From Octopus sinensis (taxonomy: Eukaryota), in the NCBI RefSeq assembly GCF_006345805.1, contig NC_043020.1, forward strand, positions 3,224,001-3,288,000: a stretch of 64,000 bases of DNA, read 5' to 3'. Of this stretch, positions 38,161 to 49,831 are shown in pieces. The notes under the pieces were generated by a model. That model worked only from the letters and a program-made list of their open reading frames with translations. It was not told where the DNA came from and made no database searches. Every line of letters begins with the position of its first letter. The first letter of the stretch is position 1. Both the position numbers and the translations under genes were made by a program.

Positions 38161-39867
38161 AAACCGTGCAGGCAGCCCAAGCCCATAGCCAGAAAAAAAT
38201 TCAACCCTTTAGCATTCAAACCAACCATATCTGGCCCAGTCAGCTAGATCTGACTTCTCACACCTACCCTACAATGGTGTGGGTTTGTTACATCTCTGCA
38301 ACCTAGTGGTTCAGCAAAAGTGACAGATAAAACTCTTCAAGGTAGTGCCCCAGCATGACCGCAGTTCTAATGACTGACACAAGTAAAAGAACAAAAGTAT
38401 CCATGCACATATATATCTCCATATATAGACACACGTATTTACACGCATCCAAGCGCAGATATATTTATAAGTAGGTTTACATAAACTTGAAAACAATTTG
38501 CTGAAATTAAAAATAGAAATGAAGTCAACATTGGAATAAAGCAGCACATCTTTTTCCGAACATGTTGCACTCTGTGTGTGGGGGGAGAGGGGTGGGGTGG
38601 GGGGACGAGTGCACGCACGCGTGTGCTTGTGTGTATGTAATACATACATTCGCATTGTATGCACACACAGACATGCACGAGTGTATATGTGTGTGTGAGG
38701 TTTCAGTCACTTAGCAAAAATAGACAACTCAAAATAGGAATATTATTTTCAGAAATTACTTACTGTTTGCTGGTTGTTGTTGTTGTTGTTATTATTGTTA
38801 TTATTATTATTATTATATTATAGAAGGAATGTTTGATTTGTCTGCAATTGCTTTTACCATGGCAACACCTCTTCCTTTGACATCATATCACACACACACA
38901 CGTGTGTGTGTATTTGTGTACATATGTGTGTGTGTGTGTGTGTGTGTATGCCTATACAACATAAGTATGCACATGTTTGAGTGTGTGTGTGTGTGTGTGT
39001 ACAGGTATGGTTGTATGGTTAAGAAGTTTGCTTTGCAGCCGACAGGTTCCACGTTCAATCCCTTGCTGTATTGCATCTTGGGAGAGTAAGGGACTTTTAT
39101 CATAGCCTCAAGCCGACCAAAACCTTAATCATCATCATCATCGTTGAATGTCTGTTTTCCATGCTGGCATGGGTTGGATGGTTTGACCAGAGATGGCAAG
39201 CTGGAGAGCTGCATAAGGCTCCAGTCTATGCAGTGGCAGCACCCGTGCTTTTTACATGGCACCAGCGCAGGACTCTTGAAGGCCAATCCTCACTGCCAGG
39301 GGGAGCAGCCTAGGTTTTCTTGACACACTTCTGCTGTGGAGAATGGATCTTCTCAATGTGATTCGGTACATAATGGCCCCTGCCTGTAATTTGGAAGTTC
39401 TGTCTTGTCACATGCTATGTCATGCCATTTCTTTTCAGAGAAATATACTGAGGAATACTCAGCCAGCTATATGCTAACTGTATGAGTAGGTATTTGAGTT
39501 GATTAAAGAACTTGAAACCCATCATTGAGTACACCCATGAACAAATACCTGTCACTGTTGTTATGTGTGTGAGTGTGTGTGTAAACAGTGTGTTATTTAT
39601 TTTTTTTATATTTCTTACTGGTTTCAGTAATTGGGCTGTGGCCATGCTGGGGCATTGCCATCAACAGCTTTTCTTTTTATTCCACTCTCGTTATGATCTT
39701 ACTTAGATCTTTCCAGAAGTTTATCATTTAAGTATATGTGTACGTTTCTAGACATGCAACTATACGCATGAGAATGCAAACATAAAACAAGTCATACTAA
39801 TGTGCAGATGCACTGACTCCAAATGCTGCTTATGTATGTGTGTGTGTGCATAACAATATGAATGTTA

Positions 39868-39905
<38 letters not shown>

Positions 39906-39908
<3 letters not shown>

Positions 39909-40084
39909 GGTGGAGAGCTGGGCGAAATGCGTAGCCGTATTTTGTCTGCCATTACATTCTGAGTTCAAATTCCGCCGAATTGGGGTTGATAAATTAAGTA
40001 CCAGTTACGCACTGGGGTCGATGTAATCGACTTAATCTGTTTGTTTGTCCCCTCTGTGTTTAGCCCCTTATGGGTAGTAAAGAA

Positions 40085-40160
<76 letters not shown>

Positions 40161-40336
40161 GGTGGAGAGCTGGGCGAAATGCGTAGCCGTATTCCGTCTG
40201 CCATTACATTCTGAGTTCAAATTCCGCCGAATTGGGGTCGATAAATTAAGTACCAGTTACGCACTGGGGTCGATGTAATCGACTTAATCTGTTTGTTTGT
40301 CCCCTCTGTGTTTAGCCCCTTATGGGTAGTAAAGAA

Positions 40337-40339
<3 letters not shown>
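39906..40339 (+). mobile_element. Tandem duplication of an internally deleted SINE B (252-bp period)
   Basis: 39906-40087 and 40158-40339 share the same deletions and differ at three positions. (TA)n flanks and separates them. Confidence 0.85.
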
Positions 40340-40375
<36 letters not shown>

Positions 40376-40859
40376 TTCTTTTATATGTAAAGGTCTCTAA
40401 TAGAGAGAGGTTATCTGTGCAGCAAGGCTGGTCCTCTAGCTGTTGGTGTGCTGTTTCATATTGCTGCCCAGCACAGTAGCCATGGCCCCTATAATGATCT
40501 GATTAGGAAAGACAAATGTACTTTTAACACAATAATTATATCTTCTCTCTCTCTCTCTCTCCTCTTCCAATCACACACATTTTATTTTACATTTTCTTAT
40601 TTCTTTCATCATTATATTTTTTCCTTTTCTCTTTTTATTTTTTTTTTACTTTTCCCTTTGTTTTCTATTTTCTATTATTATTATTATTATTATTTAGTAG
40701 GTGGTGGTGGTGGGGGTGTTGTGATCGAACTGTTCTCATCTATCATGTAAACCAGATCAAAATCAGCTCAAATAATTCAATAAAAGATCTAAAGTGGGAA
40801 CAAGCCGAAACAAAATCATGGCTTACAACACACACACTCGCACACGGATATGTACACTT

Positions 40860-41100
40860 TTAAATATATATGCATCTATTTATATATATACATATATGTA
40901 TATATATATGTATATATTGTATATATATGAATATGTATATGTATATATATGTATATATATGAATATGTATATGTATATATATGTATATATATGAATATGT
41001 ATATGTATATATATGTATATATATGAATATGTATATATATGAATATGTATATATATGTATGTATGTATGTATATATATATGTATATATATATGTACATAC
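40860..41100. repeat. TA-derived minisatellite with 32-bp period
   Basis: The GAAT marker occurs at 40929, 40961, 40993, 41025 and 41041. Confidence 0.9.
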
Positions 41101-41377
41101 ATGCACATGCATGTCAACACACACACACACAAGTATGTATATGTATTATTAGATATACATCTATGTGTGTTCACTCTTTCATAGAACATACGCCAGTATG
41201 ACTGAAATGTTTTCTTTCGTGCTAATTCCACAATAATTAATAATTATGCTTCACTTTTGATGTCTTAACGATCTATCAATGAAGTGGAGTTGATTTCACT
41301 AATTCTTTCATTGTGAAATGTTCTATAATCATTTCTGCATTCTCAAGGAACTGACCGTACACGCATGTGTGCACAGT

Positions 41378-41411
<34 letters not shown>

Positions 41412-41512
41412 CTGCTTGAATATGTTTTGTGTGTGTGAATTTATTAAATGTTTTTGTGTGTTGTTTTTATATTGATTATGTATTATATATCCGTAGATAT
41501 GTATATTTTCAG

Positions 41513-41548
<36 letters not shown>

Positions 41549-43069
41549 GTGTGTATCTATAGACATATATGTATGTGTATATATATATATATATATATAT
41601 TTACATACACACACACATATACATACATATACACATGTGTGTATGTATGTATATATATACACACACACACTTTTACATATATATACACACACCCACTCAC
41701 ACACACACACACACAAAATAGTATTTTAGTCATAAATTAATGTTTGAATGAACTGAGAAAGTATTATCCATATCTAAGCTCATTTCTGTCCGTCATAGTG
41801 ATGAATATGAGAAGTAGGATCATAAAGATAAACTTAAGATGTGTCATAATACTTATATTTATAAGGTTTTTCTTCTTTTAATTATATTTAATTAATCTCA
41901 TTGTCTTTCTGTATTCTTTCTGTTTTTATAAAAAATTTAAGAAATTAGTTTTCCTTTTTTTTATCATTATCTTTATCATTCTCAATAAATGTTATTAATC
42001 TAAAGAAATCAGTGTTTCAATATTGACAAACGAGATTATCGTTAATGTTATTAATTTCCTGCAATGTTTATTTATGGTTCTTTTCATTCTGAGTTCAAAT
42101 CCCTCTGGTATTGAATTTGCCTTTTATCCGGTTAGGGTCAGTTAAATAAGTAACAGTCAAGTGCTGGGGTCAACTGAACCAACTGGTTCCACTTCCTAGT
42201 TTTTGTAGCCATGACCAAATGTTAGAAACCATTTGGATGGCATTCTGATTTAAGCACCACAGATAACTTATCGTAACTCCTTTTATTTTGGGGAATTTTT
42301 AGAAAATCTTTGCTAATTTTGTTTTACATGAAAGAACTCACATGATTATGCAAAAGAAACTTAATTTTAAACCCCCTCCCAACCCCCACCACAACCTGTA
42401 AATCCTAAAAGTTCCACACTTTTTTGAATTTTCTTTTTGAAATCAGTGTTTAAAATACAAAGAGTCCGAATACTTAAAACTCAGTTATTGGCTACCCTTG
42501 GGTACATCATCATTCCATTAAATGTGTTTATGAAGAGAAAAAAATATTGAGAAACATCAATGTCAGTAATGAAGAAATAAGGAAGGTATCAGGTGGTCAT
42601 GAAATGTACTAAAAACAATAGTTAAAATCATCCTTAAATCACACGCAAAGATTTTTCTTTTTTTTTTTGCATAATCATGAATTCCTATGTGTAGAAACAC
42701 ATTTGTAAAAATTTTCTGAAAATTCCAAAATATAAAAAAAGTTACAAGGGGGTTATATGGGGTGCTAAAAACAGAATTCCGCCATTATTTTGTCCTGGTA
42801 ATGATATTCTCCATTCATCCCTTCCTGGCGCAATAAAAGAAATTGTTATTGTTCTTCCCTCTGATCATTTATCATTTCATTGTTGTTCTGCTTGTATTAA
42901 ATTGTTAGATGTCAAACTGCATCCCACAACCACAATGTGATGTATCTGTGCCATTCCTCAGAGTTCCGAAGAATCAGGACATTCACCCTGATATCCAACA
43001 TCTTTAATCATTTACATTTCTTGCCACAGTCCCTAAAGTTATTATAATTGATATAATGGCAATTATTTT

Positions 43070-43290
43070 CAAGACAGCGAGCAGGCAAAATCCTTACCAT
43101 TCCAGACAAAATGCTTAGTGGCATTTTGTCTGTCTTTATGTTCTAAGTTCATATTCTGCTGAGGTTGGCTTTGCCTTTCATCCTTTCAGGGTCAGTGAAA
43201 ATAGGTACCAGTTGTGCACTGGGGTTGATGCAATAGACTTGCCTTCCACCTTTGAAATTACTGGCCTTGTGCCAAAATTTGAAACCACTG
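43070..43290. mobile_element. SINE family B-related copy
   Basis: gcgagcaggcaaaatcc...ctttgcctttcatcctttcagggtc...ggccttgtgccaaaatttgaaacc on the + strand. Confidence 0.65.
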
Positions 43291-43316
43291 GTGTTATTAT
43301 TGCTATTATTATTATA

Positions 43317-43560
43317 ATTGAGCGAGAGAACAGTGCATGCCTTCAAAGTGACACTGGGGTACAAATATACAAATCTCAATATGTCCATCATGACTACTTG
43401 TCTGATAAGGGTAGATCAGGCATGTGTATTACAATTAAAGGTGTGTAACATGGTGTCTCTCTTATTGGGATAAACAGCTTATGACTTTGCACATGTGGCT
43501 CAGAATTTTCTTTAGGTTGAGTTGGCCATCCTGCTCAAAAGTCCCTCAATAAGGGTTGTT
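43317..43560 (+). repeat. Dispersed repeat, copy 1 (unclassified)
   Basis: gagagaacagtgcatgcc.tcaaagtgacactggggtac...catcatgactac..gtctgataagggta is the reverse complement of 47270-47572. Confidence 0.7.
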
Positions 43561-43785
43561 TTACGTCAATATAAAACAGGTAAAATATTTTGGCCAGATA
43601 CACCTGGTTTAAATGCTTTACCATTTTTCTTCTCACTCTTTGCTGTCCAAGTTCAAATCCCACCTCGGTTAGCTTTGCCTCTCATCTTTCTGGGCTTGAT
43701 AAAATAAAGTACCATCATTGTATTTGCACCTTTGTATAGTTCATTATTTTTAAATGTCATCTATAATTATCATTTAAATAAACTG

Positions 43786-43903
43786 TTAACCAAATTTTTC
43801 TTTTTCTTTCTTTTGCAGGTAAGTTTTACTGAACACAAAAGTATGTTTTAAAAAATTTCAAAATCCCCAAAAAATGTGTTTGACGTAAAACACGTTGGTG
43901 AGT
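43786..43903 (+). promoter_or_regulatory. Putative recursive splice site (ratchet point) with 79-nt RS-exon
   Basis: Branch-like TTAAC at 43786-43790, 20 uninterrupted pyrimidines at 43795-43814, GCAG|GTAAGT at 43818/43819, and a downstream donor TTG|GTGAGT at 43898. Confidence 0.6.
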
Positions 43904-44048
43904 AGAATAATTTCTTTTTACCTATTGGCCATTCTTTGGAAAGTGAAGCTTTCATTGTCAGTTGCAGAGCATTCTGATTCTTCTACAAGGGCACTATTTT
44001 CAGACAATCTTTAGAGGTTCTATTTAATGATATCAACCGTAGTGATCT

Positions 44049-44099
<51 letters not shown>

Positions 44100-44941
44100 G
44101 CAATCTGCCATGCTACAACACTGTTCAGGGTGGCTGAACAGGTGCTATACCTTGCCAAAGTGCACCCTGTAACTATGCAGGACAGTCGTCACTCCATGAG
44201 GTATTTTCAAAATACCCGTACACCCAAGTCTTTTTTATCTTATCCCTCTGCACTCATATTTTTGCTATTTGCCTTGTGCCTTCAATTGAAAGACACCCTG
44301 TGGGTATTTACTCCGTACCTGTTTGTTCTTGACTTACACGTCAGTCTCATGCCAACCACCCTATCTGTTTTCAGTCATATTTCTTTACTTTTATTTATTT
44401 ATTTTATTTTTTTTTTAATGTCCCATTTGTTTCCACTTGTGAAACTTACCTACATATTGTTTTTCTTTTTCAACCTGGGTGCTTTACAGACGAGTGATAT
44501 CAACACTTGCTAAAGATGCCAAGCATAGGTCTAGAACCATGGATGATTATGTTCAAATTGGAAGGCCCTCTTCACTTTCTAACTAATGTTTCTTAACCAT
44601 TTTTAACCTTTGATTTTACACCCCTGTTTTACTAGAATGCACCCCCTCCTAACCATCTGATGTTTCAAAAAATCATATATTTTCATAGTTAAATATATTA
44701 GGAACCCTTTTTACTTGCTTCAGTCACCAGACTGTGGCCATGCTGGGGCACCATCTTGAATTTTTAGTCAAAAGAATCAATCCATATACTTATTTTATTT
44801 TTATTTTAAATCCTGGTACTACTTCTATTGGTCTCATTTGCCAAACTGCTAAGTCACAGGGATATAAACACCAATGCTGGTTGTTAAGCAGTTGTGAGGG
44901 ACAAAGACACACATACATCTATCTATTTATCTATCTATCTA

Positions 44942-45330
44942 GCATCATCATCATCATCGTTTAACGTCCGCTCTCCATGCTAGCATGGGTTGGACGATTT
45001 GACTGAGGACTGGCGAACCAGATGACTGCACCAGGCTCCAATCTTGATCTGGCAGAGTTTCTACAGCTGGATGCCCTTCCTAATGCCAACCACTCTGAGA
45101 GTGTAGTGGGTCCCTTTTATGTGCCACCAGTACAGGGCCAGTCAGGAGGTACAGGTAATGACCTCGCTCAAATCTTTTACACATGCCACTGGCACAGGTG
45201 CCAGTAAGACAATGCTAGTAACGATCACGTGTGAATGGTGTCTTTTACGTGCCACTGGCACAGAAGCCGCTCTGTCAATGGTCACACTCGTATGGTGCTT
45301 TTTGCACCCTGCTAGCACGGATGCCAGTCA
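44942..45330 (-). mobile_element. RTE 3' UTR-type repeat
   Basis: Reverse complement of the 7334-7650 family, with (CAT)n at 44943. Confidence 0.7.
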
Positions 45331-45345
45331 TTGAATTTGATTTTG

Positions 45346-45413
<68 letters not shown>

Positions 45414-46032
45414 TATATATATACACACATACATACACACACACACACACGACAGGCTTCTTTCAGTTTCTGCCTACCTAATCCATTCACAAGGCTTTGG
45501 TCAGCCTGAGACTAATGTAGCCATTCAGTGGGACTTGAACCTGAAAGCATTAGGAAGTAAACTTCTTACCACACAGCCACGCCTGCACCTATTTGTATAA
45601 AATTGTGTGGAAAAAACTGTTAAAATATTCTGTGCATTGTGGAGGTATAAACCAATTTATTGCCTGTAAACTTTAGCAATGAAATCTTATGTGGACCCTG
45701 GTTGAGAATCACCAATTCTAACCAACTACCTGCTTCTTAGCCTTTATTAAGCTAAAGCAAAGAAGGGCTTAACATGTATAAGAGTTACTCACCCATCCAC
45801 CCCCGCCAGGTATTCAAACGAGAAAGAAAGTGTCTGCCTGGTAGAGAGAAAGTGAGAAAAAGAGTGAATCCATCAGTGTTGGTATTATAGAAACCCTTCA
45901 ACTGATTTGCTACTTCAATCTTTCATCAACTTGATGTAGCTGTCACTCTGTGTTTATCTTGCATCAAACCTATTACACTTTACAGACACACACACACACA
46001 TACTCACCCTCCACACACACACATTCAAGTCT

Positions 46033-46073
<41 letters not shown>

Positions 46074-47269
46074 TACACTCACACACTCTCATACATGCAC
46101 TCTTACATACGCGAACACACATGCACACACACACTCACAAATATGTATACACATACATGTACTAACTTATACACAGAGACTTGTATGTACATACATATAC
46201 ATGTGGTATATGCAGGTACTCACATGTGGAGGCACATACACACTCATATAAAATGCATGTGGGAACATTCATATGTTTACCTACATGTGCACACAACACA
46301 CAGACATGATACACATGTGTAGATATGCATCTGCATGCACAAACAAATATACACTCACAGGTGTAGACACAGAAGCACCGTTGTTAAACTACCCACAACC
46401 AACTCACAAGAGGAAACCTATTGGTTGACTTATTAGGGAGAGAGAAGTTTTTGTTTTACCTGTTTAGAATCGATCGAGGTTTTTCACCTTTCTATTGAAT
46501 ATTGAACCTCAGTTCACTTCCTAACAACAGCAACTGAATTTATGAAATTCATTTACAAACAACACATCACATGACCTTGAGACTGGGGTCTCTTCTGCCT
46601 CTCTTCTCTCTGGGTTCAGTCATCGGATTGCCATTAATGGGGGGGATCTTTGTAGGGAAGGCCACAACCATGTGTTAGTTTCAGGTTCAATTCCATATTG
46701 CAGTACATTGCACAGGTGGTCTTGTACTGTAGCCTCAGCTTGACCATTGAATGTCTCGTGAGTGAAATTTGACATGCACACACACACACACAACACACAC
46801 ACACACAGAGGGAGCATGCAATGTTGCCCAGGGTAAAAAGAAGCTATAAATGACCCTGAGTTGTTGAAGGAATATCTGATTTAACATACCATTGTTCTAT
46901 TTCTCTTGATTTGTTAATTTTCATTCAATTATTTTACACTGGTTTTATAGAAGTTTGGTGTGTAATGAATGCACTGCCCTATGTATTTGATATGAACAGT
47001 ATATTCCACAAATTGTTGTGTCAATGATGACATATTACCAAATTGGAGTGTACTGAGTAAAAATACCTGGTTAGGCACAGGTATGGCTGTGTGGTAAGAA
47101 GTTTACTTCCCAACCACATGGTTCTGGGTTCACTCCCACTGTGTGGCACTTTGAGCAAGTGACTTTTTCTATAGCCTCAGATCAACGAAAGCCTTGTGGG
47201 TGAATTTGGTCAACGGAAACTGTTGTATATGTGTGGTTGTGTGTGTGTCTTTGCATCTGTACAGAGGAA

Positions 47270-47572
47270 TTCTTTGGGGTTTGAATAATTCACCTTTGGA
47301 AACATGGGTGTTTCGTTCAACATCCTTAAGCAAACCTTTGACTGGAACGGGCTACTCGACATGAAGAAAATTCTAACTGGGCCCCACCTGCAAGGTCATG
47401 TGCTGTTTATTTTGATATGAGATCACCATGTCGCACATATAGTTGTGATACATGTGCTTGGTGTACCCTTATCAGACAGGTAGTCATGATGGGTATACTG
47501 GGCTTCGTATATTTGTACCCCAGTGTCACTATGATGGCATGCACTGCTCTCTCACTCAATAACTATGAATAA
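47270..47572 (-). repeat. Dispersed repeat, copy 2 (inverted relative to copy 1)
   Basis: tacccttatcagacaggtagtcatgatg...accccagtgtcactatgatggcatgcactgctctctcactcaat. Confidence 0.7.
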
Positions 47573-48425
47573 AATGACAAACGGTTTGGTACATGACTTT
47601 TGGCCCATCCTATATTTTACTTGATTCAATCATTGGACTGTGGTCAGGCTGGGGCACTGCCTTGAAGGGTTGGATCAACCTAATCAACTTATCTTAATTA
47701 TCTTAATTATGGTACTCATTGTACCACTCTCTTTTGCCAAAAGACATAAACCAACCAACAACGGTTGTCAGGTAGGCAGTGGGGAAGGGACAAACATGAA
47801 TGCACACACACACATATACAACAATATTTCTTAAAGTTTCCATCTAACAAATTCACTCACAAGATTTTGGTTGGCTTGAGGTATAAATGCAGTTAGAAGA
47901 AGACATTTGTCCACACAGTCATGCCTGCATATTAGAAATTATCAAAAGATTCTTCTCTCTGTTTATTTTTCTTTTGTTTTCCAGGCAGTGCCCCCGCATG
48001 GCCGTGGTCTAATGACTGAAACAAATAAAAGATTAAAAAGATATTTATTTAAAGTCAAATTGTTTAAAGCAGTCTTTTACATACAGTACTGAGTTAAAAT
48101 TCTATGGACATATATTCCACAGGACAATACAGCATTGAAACAAAACACTATAAATGTATCTGTAATTTTCTTTTTTTAAGTGAAGTAGCTACCAAGAATG
48201 CATTATGTATGCAAATTGGTGTATCCATGTTACTTAAAGCCCTTAATAATTGTGGCTTTTGTAAGCAGTGTCTTGGTGGATAGTTAAAGCAGGAATGCAG
48301 TTGCTGGTGAAGTCCCAACACAAGCTTGTCCAATTGATAAGGTTTTTTCTGTCCACAAAGATATTGTCTATAAAAGCAATGTTAACATCCATTTATACAC
48401 CCAGTGTTGACTAAAATTTCTAGAT

Positions 48426-48875
48426 AGGTGCAGGCGTGGCTGTATGGTAAGAAGTTTGCTTCCCAGCCACATGGTTCCAGGTTCAGTCCTACTATGTGGT
48501 ACCTTGTGCAAGTGTCTTCTTCTATAGCCTCAGGTTGAACAAGCCTTGTGAGTGGATGTGGTATACATAAAGTGAAAGAAAACCATTGTGTGCATGTGTG
48601 TGTGTATATATATATATATATAATCAAAATAAGAAACAAGGATATCCAAGGTAGTGTAGTACAATTGTTTCATGCTACTATTTGTGTGTGTGTTTGAAAG
48701 ACATAAATACGCACACACACACACATGACAGGCTTCCAAAAGTTTCTGTCTAGCATATCCACTCACAAGATATTGGTCAGCCCAGAGCTGTAGTAGAAGA
48801 TACTTGCCCAAGGTTCAGCACACTAAACCCCAAAACTACATGGTTGCAAAACGGGGTTCTTAACTATGCAGCCAT
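48426..48875. mobile_element. Inverted pair of SINE family A heads (48426-48590 +, 48724-48875 -)
   Basis: agccttgtgagtggatgtg versus atatccactcacaagatat, and gtgtcttcttctatagc versus gctgtagtagaagatac. Confidence 0.65.
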
Positions 48876-48982
48876 GGTTTAAAATACGAACCCCAAACTT
48901 TCTTTCTTTGCTTGACCTTTTCCAAACCTGCCATATTTTGCTTCCGATTCTTCATCTTATTGTCATTGTTGTTGTTTTTCAG

Positions 48983-49369
48983 AGACAGAGTTCATTGGGG
49001 AAGGAGCTGCAGTTACAGCTGGACCAGACACGGCAGTCGGTGAGCAACCGGACGGTTAGTGAAGAGGAGATGGACAACATGAAACATGAACAGGACAAAC
49101 AAAGCAAAGAACTCGTTATTTTACGGAAGACTGTGGAGGAGATGGAGATCCGAATTGCCACCCAGAAACAGACGTTGTCTGCGAGGGATGAGAGTATAAA
49201 GAAATTGTTAGAAATGTTACAGAGTAAAGGACTTATGGTGAAACAAATTGATGCTGACCGCGTAGAGATGGAAACTTTACGTAACACCGCCTTAGAAGAG
49301 GAGACGAAGAGGAGACAGTTGGAATTAGTTTTAGAGGAAAAAGCCAAAGAACTTTCAAAGAAAATAGAT
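48983..49369 (+). CDS. ERC1: Internal coding exon of ERC/ELKS/CAST (Bruchpilot-like) active-zone protein, 387 nt, phase 0/0
   Basis: Acceptor ttgttgtttttcAG (48981-48982) and donor GAT|GTAAGT (49370). The translation RQSSLGKELQLQLDQ...LVILRKTVEEMEIRIATQKQTLSARDESIKKLLEMLQSKG...KELSKKID contains the ERC family signature LRKTxEEMExRIxTQKQTLxARDESIKKLLEMLQSKG. The invertebrate gene is co-orthologous to ERC1 and ERC2. Confidence 0.95.
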
Positions 49370-49831
49370 GTAAGTAAACTGATCCGTATTTTCTCATCAT
49401 TTTCATGTCAGCTTAATCTATGGGCTTTGTTTATGCGTTTATTGGCTGCAGGATTTGTTCAGTGAAAGGTCTGGTTATATTATTAGAGCTGCTTCTAATT
49501 CAAACTTGAATTTTATTTCACTTGTGTGACACTGTTGCACATCAGTTGATAGATTTTACATTATCTGCAATTTATACCTCAGATCAAGGATTCAAATTTG
49601 TTTTGAGGTGACTCAGGTATATGGTGTCGACAAGCTGAAATAACAGCGAAATATTGATGGTCACTTTTCTCATTCATCTATGGAGCAATTTGTTTCATCT
49701 GCTTTGAAGTGTTCTCTGTTTTTCAACACTTAAAGGTATTTTCCCGGCATGAAATTCTGCAGCTTAATAAGTATATAAATAAAACCCATACCTTAAGTAT
49801 GTGACATCAGTAATGTTAACATTATTAGAAC

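Noticed and set aside
40860-41740. YI/HT/CV-rich ORFs here and at 31800-32700, 36940-37200 and 61770-63400
   Set aside because: Products of TA, CA and TG microsatellites.
48979-49347. 122-aa minus-strand ORF
   Set aside because: Antisense shadow of the ERC exon.
48866-49465. 199-aa ORF as a single-exon gene
   Set aside because: Only the part between the splice sites (48983-49369) is ERC-like. The flanks are intronic read-through.
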